From contig NC_068986.1 in NCBI RefSeq assembly GCF_001194135.2, positions 89,290,306 through 89,354,305 of the forward strand: DNA of 64,000 nucleotides, read 5' to 3'. This document shows, one piece after another, positions 39,652-51,039 of the stretch; within the stretch, counting starts at the first letter, position 1, and each line of letters starts with the position of its first letter. The notes below the pieces were generated by a model, which was given only the letters and a program-made list of their open reading frames with translations, had not been told where the DNA came from and did no database searches. Position numbers and translations under genes: made by a program. Source of the stretch: Octopus bimaculoides. Taxonomy: Eukaryota.

Positions 39652-39992
39652 GTAAGATCATATTAATAATTTAGAATTGCTGACAGAAACATAGTGTCTG
39701 CGAACAATAATGGACTAGGTTAAAATATGGAAATGAGCAGTATTATAATAAGATTTTTCCTTAATTCTAAATGAGGTATCTCAACGAATTGTCAAACACA
39801 AAATCACAAACTTTCATGCAGAAAGTATCTTTGTCATAAAAATACGCAACATAGTTTACAATTCATAACACTGATTAAGACTAGACTTGAATAGATTAAT
39901 TTATGTTTTGTGATTAGATATTTCCTTAAATTTACAATTCCTAAGAATTTTAAGTATGACAAAAATAATATATCAAATTTGTATGCTTTCAG

Positions 39993-40083
39993 AGAAAGAC
40001 AGCTGCACAGATTTATTCAAAGTATATTGTCCGGAAGCCGAAGAACAGTATCCCATACGTGAAGATGATATTAATCTTTGCAA
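39993..40083 (+). CDS. Module 9 exon A: EKDSCTDLFKVYCPEAEEQYPIREDDINLCN
   Basis: TTTCAG/GTAGAT, 91 nt. Confidence 0.88.
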
Positions 40084-40176
40084 GTAGATATACTATTATT
40101 ATTATACATAATATTTGCATGTTAATATATTTACTTATACAGTGGTACTATCAACTATTACTATTTGTTACATTGG

Positions 40177-40395
40177 TAAGGCAGCGAGCAAGCAGAATCG
40201 TTACCACGCCGGACAAAAGACTCAGCGGCATTTCGTTCGTCCCTAAATTCTGAGCTCAAATTCAGCGGAGGTCGACTTTGCATTTAATCCTTTCAGGATT
40301 GATCAATTAACTATAACTATCAGTTGCACACTAGAGTTGATATAATCGACTTACCTCTCCCCCCAAAATTGCCGGTCTTGTGCCAAACTTTGAAG
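40177..40395 (+). mobile_element. SINE family 1 (diverged)
   Basis: Family head and core. Confidence 0.75.
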
Positions 40396-41045
40396 CCAAT
40401 TGTTGGATTGATGCAGACCTAGAAATGCCTGCTTAGAGTGCACTAGATGCAATAAGAAACAGTAATTTATTAGTGATAACTGCATCAATCTAAGAATAAG
40501 GTGCGTCGAGGACAATATAACTTGAAAGAACACTTGGAATTTTAATAATTATATAGATAATTCCTACTATAGCACAAGTCCTTAAATATAAAATTAGGAG
40601 TGAATTTTTTTTTAACTATTTGCGTTAGCTTTTAAATATATGCTTTAAAATGCTTTAACAACTCATAATAATATTAGTTCATCTTGAAAAACGTATTATT
40701 CTTATTGTTTCAAAGTATGATTAGGTATGTTTTACTGTCTTTGTTTTGTTTTGTTTTTTTTTTTGTCTTTTGGGGTTTTTTTTTCTTACAATTAGCATTA
40801 AAACATAATTTTCAATCAAATTTCCCCTGGAAATTCACATGTTTTAAAAAATCTTACACTTCATTATCAGAGATCCACTGGGTTAGGAATCAGATTGTAA
40901 AATATATGCATATTAGACCCTCTGGTACATAGTTTGTTACCTCTAATGCAATTGAATCACACTACGTCCATGAACAAAAATATTGCCAAATATATTTGTT
41001 TTCATTTTTGTTATTTTATAATTGTTCCCTTTTTGTATACCCCAG

Positions 41046-41134
41046 TCGCTTGCTTACATATGAAACATGTGCAATTCATAAGAAGCATAACTGCACAAAT
41101 CACTTCTACTTGACGTCTCTCGCTTTGTGTGAAG
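41046..41134 (+). CDS. Module 9 exon B: RLLTYETCAIHKKHNCTNHFYLTSLALCE
   Basis: CCCAG/GTACGA, 89 nt. Confidence 0.88.
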
Positions 41135-42169
41135 GTACGATATTTTTAATATAGTTTAAATGGCTGTGCCAACGCTGTAAATTCCAAACAGAAATAGCAT
41201 TCGTTAAGTGACGTTTACAATCAATATAAATAAATGTTTGGAAAGAAATATTGGCCTGTAACAGTGTTAGTATGCAACTCTCACTTCTTGATGGAGTCAT
41301 AAGAGCGGCTGCATATAGTGTGTGCTAAGTTTTCTGGTCACTACCACTTCTAAATTTACTAAAGCCTGTTTGTTCTTCTTCTGTGATGTTATATTTCTCA
41401 GTTCTTAATTTTTGCAAGTTCATTCTGAGTGCTACCATGCCTGTAAGACTGATGTTACTGACAGTAAAATTATTCAGATATAGTTAGTGTTCCTGCGTTA
41501 TAGAATACGATACAAGTAACTGCAATATTAAGGTATCCCAGGTAGATGAATGGAAGAAATACCTTCCATCAGTGACGACCCAACTCATAACCTCACTAAT
41601 TCCATGACCACTTTTTCTTGTTAAACCTGGGGCTAGTGGATATATAAAAACAGATTTCAGCAGTAGAAAGATTACAAATGCATAAATGGAGTACCGTAAA
41701 TTCCCAATATAGCTAGCTTGTTGGGTATACCTTCAGTTTGCTGGCTATATCGTTTTGCAATGTTCCTAATTGAAGCGGCCGGGCATTATCCGTTCGAAAT
41801 AGGAAACATTCAATGAGGATTTGGAACAGTGTTTTCAGCCTTTTTAGGAGAGAGATAGACAGCCAGACATACAGACAGAAACACAGAGAGAGAGATTTCT
41901 TTATTAGCCATGCAGAGCCCAACACAGAGGGATACAATACAATTTAGAATTTTTCTTTTTCAAAATCGATCAAAAGGGATCGAAAAACATTTTGGGACGT
42001 GTACACTAGGAAATAACAAAAATGTCGTTTTTAACAATTAGAGTTCCCAAAAGGGGGAGTGAATATAACATTGAATAGGTTTATCTGTACAAAGAAAAAC
42101 CTACGTAAAAGAGCCACGGTAACCTCGGAAACGAAAACAAAACCATAACATGAAAGCAAAGTATTCCTT

Positions 42170-43290
42170 CTCTCTTTGTATTATAGGATCATGCTGAGTG
42201 TGTTTCCATCATTCATGCGTACCATCTTTGCCACATTCACCTACATTTTGTTAACATTTTCATTAAAGAAAACCTCCCTCGCTATTCTCACCTTCCCTTT
42301 CAAGTGATGAGAGGTTGGCCAGAGAGGAAAGTGTTTGTCGCTAAACCTTTCAAACGAGTCCTCCATAACATTCTTTTATCATAGTCACCAATACTATGAA
42401 AACTGCCTTTCCTTCCCGGTTAAAGGAAAGTGGCGAGGCAATATTGACGATAGACTCGGCTGACAACTGATTTCCTCCCACGCGTGACAGCAGCCATTCC
42501 ACATAGTCTCACAGGTCTAAAATGGTTGGACATTGCACGAGTGCAGGCAGAACGGTTTCGTCGCTCTGGCCGCATCTCGGTTTCTTGAAACGTGGTTGTA
42601 GAGCTTATCTTGAATGGCCAATGCTTCCCGATAGTACTTCCAGGCCAGGGAATTCTGGAAATTGTCCATAAGTCCTAAAGTCCTAGCCCGAAAGTGTTCC
42701 TGAAGAGGCGGGTCAAGTATTCCCCGGCGACGCCCAGGGTCTCCCCCAAAACGTCGTTGCACCTCCCCTCCACTAAAACTCTATAGAACTCTTTCGTGGA
42801 ATTGAAGTCGCACAAGTGTGATCCCAGCAGAGCTGCTGGAAAGCATGGCGACACTCGCGGTTCCACTTACCCAGCCTCGGTCTCAGTTTGATCCATGATT
42901 GCAGTTCGGTCAATAAGACGAGCTGCAGGAAGACGCGTCTCACAAAAGGCGACCACACCTGTTCACCGTCGTCTATGAAATGCTGGAGATGTCGCGCATC
43001 ATCAACCACAGCATGCCCAGCCCACCATTTAGCGGATGTTGGCAGCAAATAGATCACCTGACCATCGGAAAGCTTCCCTTACACAGAAAGCGGAAGACAA
43101 TGCATTCCAGATTCGTGATTGTAGGATCGGATCAAGGCACGACGGTCAGACGGTTGTAGATAACGGATGCGATGTACGCATTCGCCACCTCAACCCGAAC
43201 TTTTAGAGATAGCCTCCTCTCGGCCCACTACCGTGTGAGAGTGGCCACCCTACACGTTATCTCATCCCAGTTCTTCTCCATGTATGTATG
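42170..43290 (-). mobile_element. L1/Tx1-clade LINE 3' remnant
   Basis: WAERRLSLKVRVEVANAYIASVIYNRLTVVP...GGLGM; zinc knuckle CPRCGQSDETVLHALVQCP. Confidence 0.85.
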
Positions 43291-44062
43291 TATGTATAAG
43301 CATCTATATATGTTCTAGTACGCTTTTGAATCTAACATTGTCATATTAAGTATATATTTTGAGTGACTGCTCTGTGAGGGAAAGATTTAAAAACAGTGTC
43401 TGACATGACATGTACTGTATCACGCTATCCTTGAAATTAAATATTAAATAGGGTTTATAAGAGAAATCTGTTCAAGCTTCGGGAACTGAAACTTTTTACT
43501 ATTGATTGGTTAATAATTTTTATTTAAAAACATAATTCGAATATTCTTGAAAAGTATTAGGAGAATGATAGCGTTATAAACACCTACATACAAAATTCTT
43601 TTCCAAACCGATTTTGTATAGAGGCAATACCCTACACAAAGAAAACATAATCAAAAAGAACATGATATGCACCATTCATCCACAACATAATGTTTATGTT
43701 ATATATCTGCATAGCATTGTAAACTAATAAGAGAATATAAATACTCACAGAAGACCTAAAACTATCATTAGAATTACCGACATTTTCAAATACACGTAAC
43801 ACCAAAATCAAGATAATGTGCAATCTTTTAATAATTATTAATTTTATTTTTATTCTACTGTTAATACTACATTAGCAGCTCAACAATTTTTTGTGCACAA
43901 CATCACAGGGTTTAATAACGTTAATGCCTTTCTCAACCACTATATTGTGGATGACGACAGATAATTTTGAAACATATTTGAATTAGATACTTAGATTTAT
44001 GGTGTATCATGTAATACTTTGTCTTTATGTTATGGCTTAATCCTAAATTATCAAATTTGTAG

Positions 44063-44162
44063 GATTTGAAGTACGAAGTGACTGCGAAAATAGATACTTG
44101 CCTCAATGCACTCAAATCTTGAAGCACTACCCATTGAAAAGTCCAGATCCGCACAGCTGCGC
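44063..44162 (+). CDS. Module 10 exon A: GFEVRSDCENRYLPQCTQILKHYPLKSPDPHSCA
   Basis: TTGTAG/GTATGT, 100 nt. Confidence 0.88.
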
Positions 44163-45646
44163 GTATGTATTCATATATTTACAACTACTATTACTTCTAC
44201 AATTAATACATATTATATTTAAATCAGTGGTTGTAACGTTAAAAAGGTCGCTGATCGGCGACGTGATTTCGGTTATAATTCCATTGCAATCGACTGATGT
44301 CTTGAATATCTGAAGCCGAAACTTTTCGGAAGACCGTTGTAGCGTATTTTTATGTGCGCGTATGCATGTGTGGTTGTGATTGTATATATATATATATGGA
44401 AGTGTATGTCTCTTACTACTTGACAGCTACACTAAGTTTGTTTACACTCCGTAATTTAGATGCTCATTAAAACAAAGACTAACAGAATACCTACCTGCTT
44501 TAAATGAGGTAACAGTACTGATATGATCAATGAGCCTACTCAAAGCTAATACCTCAAATATGGATTCGCTCCAATGACTGAAACCAGTAATAGAGTAATA
44601 CAGTGAACAATACAACGACATCGTTAACAACTAAGTCCTATTTCTTCCATTGACACAGAACTAGAAATAATTACCTGGAGCGCAGTATTTCAATAGGGTA
44701 CTGTATCCGATTTGTAATGAATATATCGACCTCAAAATGGAGTAAACCAACCACATTCAGAATTCAACACAAGTTTAGCAAAATATTAAATATAGTTGTA
44801 TCCGGTGGAAATTCCACAGTTATTTTGAAAATTATGTGTAATTTTCTGAGTCATTAAATCCTTGAGATGATGTAAAACTCCATACAAGTAGTAACAAAGG
44901 TGTAATCTCAAGATACATCTGAATGATTTTATATTCTTTCATCTACTTTCTGAGTTGTCTGTTATTTTTCACTTTGTCTTAAAAAAGTAAACAGTATTAA
45001 CTATTAAGCAAAATCAAAGATATTATCTATAATCTTATTTTGCTTCAACACATTGGTAAAATTCTAACAAATGTTAATAAGACCTTTAAAAAAAATTTTA
45101 AAAAACCTCAGCAATCTTTAACTTACCAATCTTTAACTAACACTTTTCATTCACTGTTCCCTTCAGCAAATACATTCTTTCTCTCTTATTTTCTCTACCC
45201 CTTTCTCCGTTTACTTCTTTCTTCTGTGCTAAATATTCTCTTCCATACTCTCTTTCTCTACCTCTCCCTTCAACAATTTAACCACATACCTTAATAACAA
45301 ACCTTTCCTCCTAGGTCTCGCTGCTAACCCCCCCCCCTTTCCCTGTCTCTCTCTCTCCCTTTCCTCAATANNNNNNNNNNNNNNNNNNNNNNNNNNNNNN
45401 NNNNNNNNNNNNNNNNNNNNNNNNNNNNNNNNNNNNNNNNNNNNNNNNNNNNNNNNNNNNNNNNNNNNNNNNNNNNNNNNNNNNNNNNNNNNNNNNNNNN
45501 NNNNNNNNNNNNNNNNNNNNNNNNNNNNNNNNNNNNNNNNNNNNNNNNNNNNNNNNNNNNNNNNNNNNNNNNNNNNNNNNNNNNNNNNNNNNNNNNNNNN
45601 NNNNNNNNNNNNNNNNNNNNNNNNNNNNNNNNNNNNNNNNNNNNNN

Positions 45647-45696
<50 letters not shown>

Positions 45697-46140
45697 CTTT
45701 CTTTATTTCTTTCTTTTGTCTAAGGTCTCTTCTTCTTTCTCTCGCTCCACTCCTATCTCTCATTCCACCTCCTTCTCTCACTCTCATTCTACCTCCACTA
45801 TCTATCTTTCTCTCTCTAACTAACATGTGCGGTGCGAACGATAAAACTGGTTTCTACTATATGAACAAGTATACAATTATGGAGCAGGCAATGCACTGTT
45901 AAGTATAACTCCTGCTTCTGGCTACAAATAATTTTCTTAGTACCGGAAGTATGAATGGATAGTTACAAATTGCAGTAAGGTGAGCTCACAATGTAAATAG
46001 TGACTACATTGACAGATATTTTAAACTGGTACATACTATTTTCAATACGAAAATTCGAAATATTTTCAAATTTACGGATAATGCTACGTTTCGTTTTTTA
46101 ACTTGGAAGTAATTTTTACCAATTTATTTTCCTCATTTAG

Positions 46141-46232
46141 GCGCCTTGTCCTGTACAAAACGTGTGCTCAGAAACACAAAGACCATCATTGCATGGAAGC
46201 ATTTCAAAGAAGATTTGAATCTGATTGCCCTA
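46141..46232 (+). CDS. Module 10 exon B: RLVLYKTCAQKHKDHHCMEAFQRRFESDCP
   Basis: TTTAG/GTGAGA, 92 nt. Confidence 0.9.
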
Positions 46233-46371
46233 GTGAGATTATTATATTAATATTCATTTATTAATACGATAAATATATCTTTCAATTTGTTTTATGATGT
46301 AAAGTTTTAGCAAAATTTTCAAGAACTTTAAGAAGTAAACAAATAAAATATCAAACGTTTAAACCTTTCAG

Positions 46372-46465
46372 GCAAAGACGACTGCATGGAGATATACAAA
46401 CGTTGTCCGATACCCGTAAGGGATATTCCCTTAGATGAATCAGTTATGAATGAGGAGGACTGCAA
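46372..46465 (+). CDS. Module 11 exon A: SKDDCMEIYKRCPIPVRDIPLDESVMNEEDCK
   Basis: TTTCAG/GTACAT, 94 nt, C-x6-C-x18-C. Confidence 0.87.
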
Positions 46466-46879
46466 GTACATATATATTTTTTTACTCCTCTCACTATTAT
46501 TATTACGTCTAATTACATCTAATATTTGCATGTTTATATAGTAGAATAACTAGTAAAATTTCTTACGTTGTTACAAACCTAGAAATACTTATTGAGGTGT
46601 ACTGGGGTCAAAAGGAAACAGTTATCGATCAAAGAATGGTGCATATTCAGGAAAATATCAAATGATCCAGCTTTTAACAAATCCATAAATACGTATGTAA
46701 TTTCAAATAAAATCACACGTCTTGTACTTTTAGGACAATAGTCCTTGAATGGATCGCGTTAGGTTTTAAAATATAATTCAGTGATAATGTTCGAAAGTAA
46801 TGGTCGAAAACTGGGAGTAATGTTGGAAAGACGTGTTATTCAATTTTCTTTTTATTTACAAAAAAGATCAGAAATTCTT

Positions 46880-47462
46880 TGGTTGTGTGGTAAGAGGATT
46901 GCTTCCTAGCCACATGATTCCAGGTTCAGCCCAACTGCGTGACACCTTGGACAAGTGTCTTCTATTAAAGCCGACCAAAGCCTTGTGAGTGATTTGGTAG
47001 ACGGGAACTGAAAGAAACCCGTCGTGTATACATATATATATATATAATTGTTCATAGAAAACCATGTAATCGTTACCAATATAGCAAGAGATTTCACTGC
47101 AAAAGTCTAAATTAGACTCCTTAGGGATCGTTCTTGGTTATATATCCAAAGTTTTAAATTTAAGAGAGAGATTTGACGCTATTATCCATTATTATTGTAA
47201 TTTATTCCTATGTCAACATTTCTGTATAAGGCTATATTTGACTATCAAATTTAAGTCAAACATATAAGTTGCCTTACATGTCTTCAGGGAATACATTTGG
47301 GAACAAACAAAAATCAAACAAAAGTCAAGAATAGGAGATCAATGCCACATTTCTAGGTTTCGCCCATATTTAAAACTTTGGATATATATATATCAAAAAT
47401 ATTTCAATACAAATGTATTAATTTCCGGTAAATATTGGTGCCTTGTTGTACCACTCTTCTGA

Positions 47463-47518
<56 letters not shown>

Positions 47519-47765
47519 ATGCATGTATGTTTATATATGTGTGTGTATGCATTTGAGTGTCTGTGTTTGTTCCCCCCCAATATCGCTTGACAACCGATAC
47601 TGGTGTGTTTACGTCCCCGTAACTTAGCGGTTCGGCAAAAGAAGATGATAGAATAAGTACTAGGCTTACAAAGAATAAGTCCCGGGATCGATTTGTTCGA
47701 CTAAAGGGAGTGCTCCAGCATGGTCGCAGTCAAATACTGAAGCAAGTAACAGAGTATAAAAGTAA
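46880..47765 (+). mobile_element. SINE family 2 5' part (46880-47035) and 3' part (47530-47765)
   Basis: Match to the two halves of 32266-32685. Confidence 0.8.
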
Positions 47766-48436
47766 AACAGATAATAGTATTAAAACATAATTTCAAAGAA
47801 ACATTCCATATGAAATTTGTTTGCATTTTTGTCAAGTTATATCTTCCTTTCCAGAGATCTACTTATTAGAAATTAGTTTGTAAAACATATTTCCTGTTTC
47901 ATTAGGAAATATTTTACCAATCCCGGTATAGCTGGCCAAATTAACTCCTGTCCAGATTAAACTTCGGTATTGTTTGGCCTAGGCCAGAGTATATCCGGTG
48001 GATAAACTGTCCTAGGCCAAAACTATACTTGGGGTGTAAAATAACCCAGGCTAGTCTATACCCCTCCAGGCCAAAATATTCCCGTTTAATGTTGTAGTCA
48101 ATCTCAAACAATGTCTCGTTAATTAATGCGTATCAAGAGAGTCGTGAACTGTGATTTGATTTTAACAGTAAATTGGTTGAGATTTTTAGTTGTTAGCAGA
48201 CGTGACAAATATTTGCTGTCTTTTATGAAAAAATGATCACAAACCCAGGATATTCGACCCGCTTAACTGAATCGGGGATACAAAATCTCAGTGGGTAATA
48301 AATGTATATAGTGCAAGATTTTAAACCTGCTAGATAACAAGATTGAACTACATTACATCGATGATGCAAAATATTGTCAAATATATTCAGGATTTTCTAT
48401 TTTGTGCAATGATATTCCCATATTTGTATATTGTAG

Positions 48437-48522
48437 ACGACTAGATAAATATGAAAGATGCTCAACTGAAGACCAAAGATGCAGTAATCTGTTCCAAACG
48501 ATGTTTAGTGTCTTATGTTACA
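48437..48522 (+). CDS. Module 11 exon B: RLDKYERCSTEDQRCSNLFQTMFSVLCY
   Basis: TTGTAG/GTAAGA, 86 nt, C-x6-C-x11-C. Confidence 0.87.
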
Positions 48523-48629
48523 GTAAGATTTTTTTCATTAATATATTTCATTTTATTGGCGAACAGTCAGCATCCACGTAGTAAATTCCAAACGAAAACT
48601 GCATTTGCAAAATTACATTTAGGATAACT

Positions 48630-49100
48630 TCACTTCACTTCTTACTTCCTGATCGAGCAATAGAGGAGGCCCATGAACTGAGTTCTTGATTTCTCCAGCT
48701 GACTTTGCCGTGCGCGAGATCTGGGTTTTTTTTTCTAATAACATATGTGTGTGTCCACATTACCCCTACTTATGTCTTCTTTCTACCACTCAAAGTTTCT
48801 TAAAGAATGATTTTTGCCAGGTTAGTAGATCTTTCTGAATAAGCCCACCGTCTCACATTGCTTTTACACAGAATTGTTATATTATCTACTTCGATGCTAC
48901 TGTGAGTTAGATGGGTTCGCGCACTTCTTCGGTGGTGATTTGGTCCATGTACAAGAATCATAGGAGGCTCCATCTTATTTCGATTGCATGTGTTTTTCCT
49001 TGTATCAAAGTTGTGACGATCCATATTTCGCATGTTTATGGAAGATTTCGGGTACATATGCTCTGCGGTACCTATACACTTTCTAATGTTAGTTTTCAAC
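48630..49100 (-). mobile_element. RTE LINE C-terminal remnant
   Basis: AIEIRW..YMDQITTEEVR and SERSTNLAKIIL resemble the RTE ORF C-terminus. Confidence 0.45.
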
Positions 49101-51039
49101 TTCAGACTGTAGGCTGGCAGAATCGTTAGCACGCTAGGTGAAATGGTTGGCGGTATTTTTGACTCCAGTTACTTCAACTGTTATTTATGCCTAGACTCTC
49201 ACTTTTGGAGCAAGGTATCTCTTTTGATGAAACCATTTCTACAGCTTTTATTCAAAGCTATTGGAGAACTTACCAGGGCACCGTCTAAGTCAGCCAATTT
49301 ATATATACTTACTGTCAGCTTATCAATTTTATTCAGCAAATATTAGCATTTTGATATTCGTTTCTCCGAATATACTTGTGCTTATATTATTTTAAGGGTA
49401 ACGTTTACAAATTACATAAGTCAGAGGGCGAAGAAGAAGAGCCTAGTCAGTCACTCCTAATGTGACATAAACCTCACTTTTCGTTGTTGCCTTAACTTCA
49501 AGGAGTTGCTAAAATGAATCAGCTGCTTTACCCTAATGAATATTTTTACGATGACAAATCATTAAGCTCCTTTCTAAAGTCTATGAAGACAAGCTAGAAT
49601 TTTCGTTCTTGTCCACTGTATTTCTTGTTGAAAAAGCGGTGTTGAAGACCTAATTAGTAGTACTTCTAACTTTACTGAAACCCGCCTGTTCTATAACTTT
49701 TTGAGTCGTTAATCTTTTCAGAGGGATTTTAAGTAGTATCTCGCTTGCAAGATTGGTCTTACTGATAATATGATCATTGTTGTAATGTTGGTTTTAGTAC
49801 ACTATGGAAATCAGTAACACAAAACTTCGAAATTAAGATATCTAGTATAAACGAATGGAGGAAATAACCTTCCATGAGTGACAGATTCCTATTGTCTAAC
49901 AAGGAGAACGTAGACATATGCACACAGAGGTTAGATGCTGACAGAAAAATGACTAACCTGCTTGCTAGTATCGTAAAATTCCTTTATCTCCATCATACTA
50001 GTTATCCCCACGGTTTGTAGACCATTTCTGTTTCCAACGTCCGTAATTACACCAGTCGAACGGTACCCATTGGGAATATGAAACATTCTTTGAGGATTTG
50101 AACCTTGTTTATCAGTGGAGTTTTGCATTACACTCACTTTAATTTCTATAAATACGTACACATCCATGTGCGAACTAAGAACAGAACGTGTATATGTATA
50201 TTCAAGAAAGGTTAGAATTACAGCTTTAATCTTATTGTAGTGATTACTTTCTTGCTATCCTATTTATATATGTTCCATTTTGAAGTCATACACCCCAACA
50301 GTACGGCTTGAGCACAGCTATCACAAGCACTACTTTACTGACATGCATCAATTAGAATTCGTACACATAATTCGAAAAGGGTGAGACACCATACGAAGTA
50401 AAGAAACTGCAAAGACCAAGGAATCTGCCTTCATCCTGCAATAGGATGTTCATAATTATGTATAAGACTCGTTGACATCCTATTAAAATGGCCTAGATGG
50501 ATATGTTGAGTATGAACGCCACCACACTTGTATACCTGTTTTTCTTTCTACTACAGGGGAGTAGGTCTTTTCCTGGTCTGTGATCCTCCAGTGTTTTTGC
50601 ATTCCATATGATAATTGGTCTGTCTTCAGAGAATCTCTGCCAGGTCATTTATCACATTCAGACAAATATAGTAGATATTGTTAATCTGGGTTGATACTAT
50701 TGCGGTATATAGTTACTTTTTGCTTGTTTATTTCAGTGAGCTTTTTCCTACTTACCTTTTGTTTGTTCATTTCACTTGTTTATTTCAATGAGCCAATCCT
50801 TCATTTCTCACCACAGCTTATTTCTTTCAATTAGATTGTTGAAACGAGGCTGTTTCAATTCGTTTGAGAATTTTATCCTGGCTGGTGAATTAATTTTCGA
50901 AATGATACATTGTTTGGGGGCATTTACTTTTTCCCTCCAGCTGAGTAAGAAATTTTGGGGTTAGCTGACTACCAGGGATAAACATCCACTCCGCTTAACT
51001 AGGGAGCAGTATGCCATTCATCAAAGGCACTCCTTTAAT

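Noticed and set aside
5176-48522. Idea that the modules are separate small genes
   Set aside because: Only one leader was found, no module carries a stop, and all phases chain into one ORF
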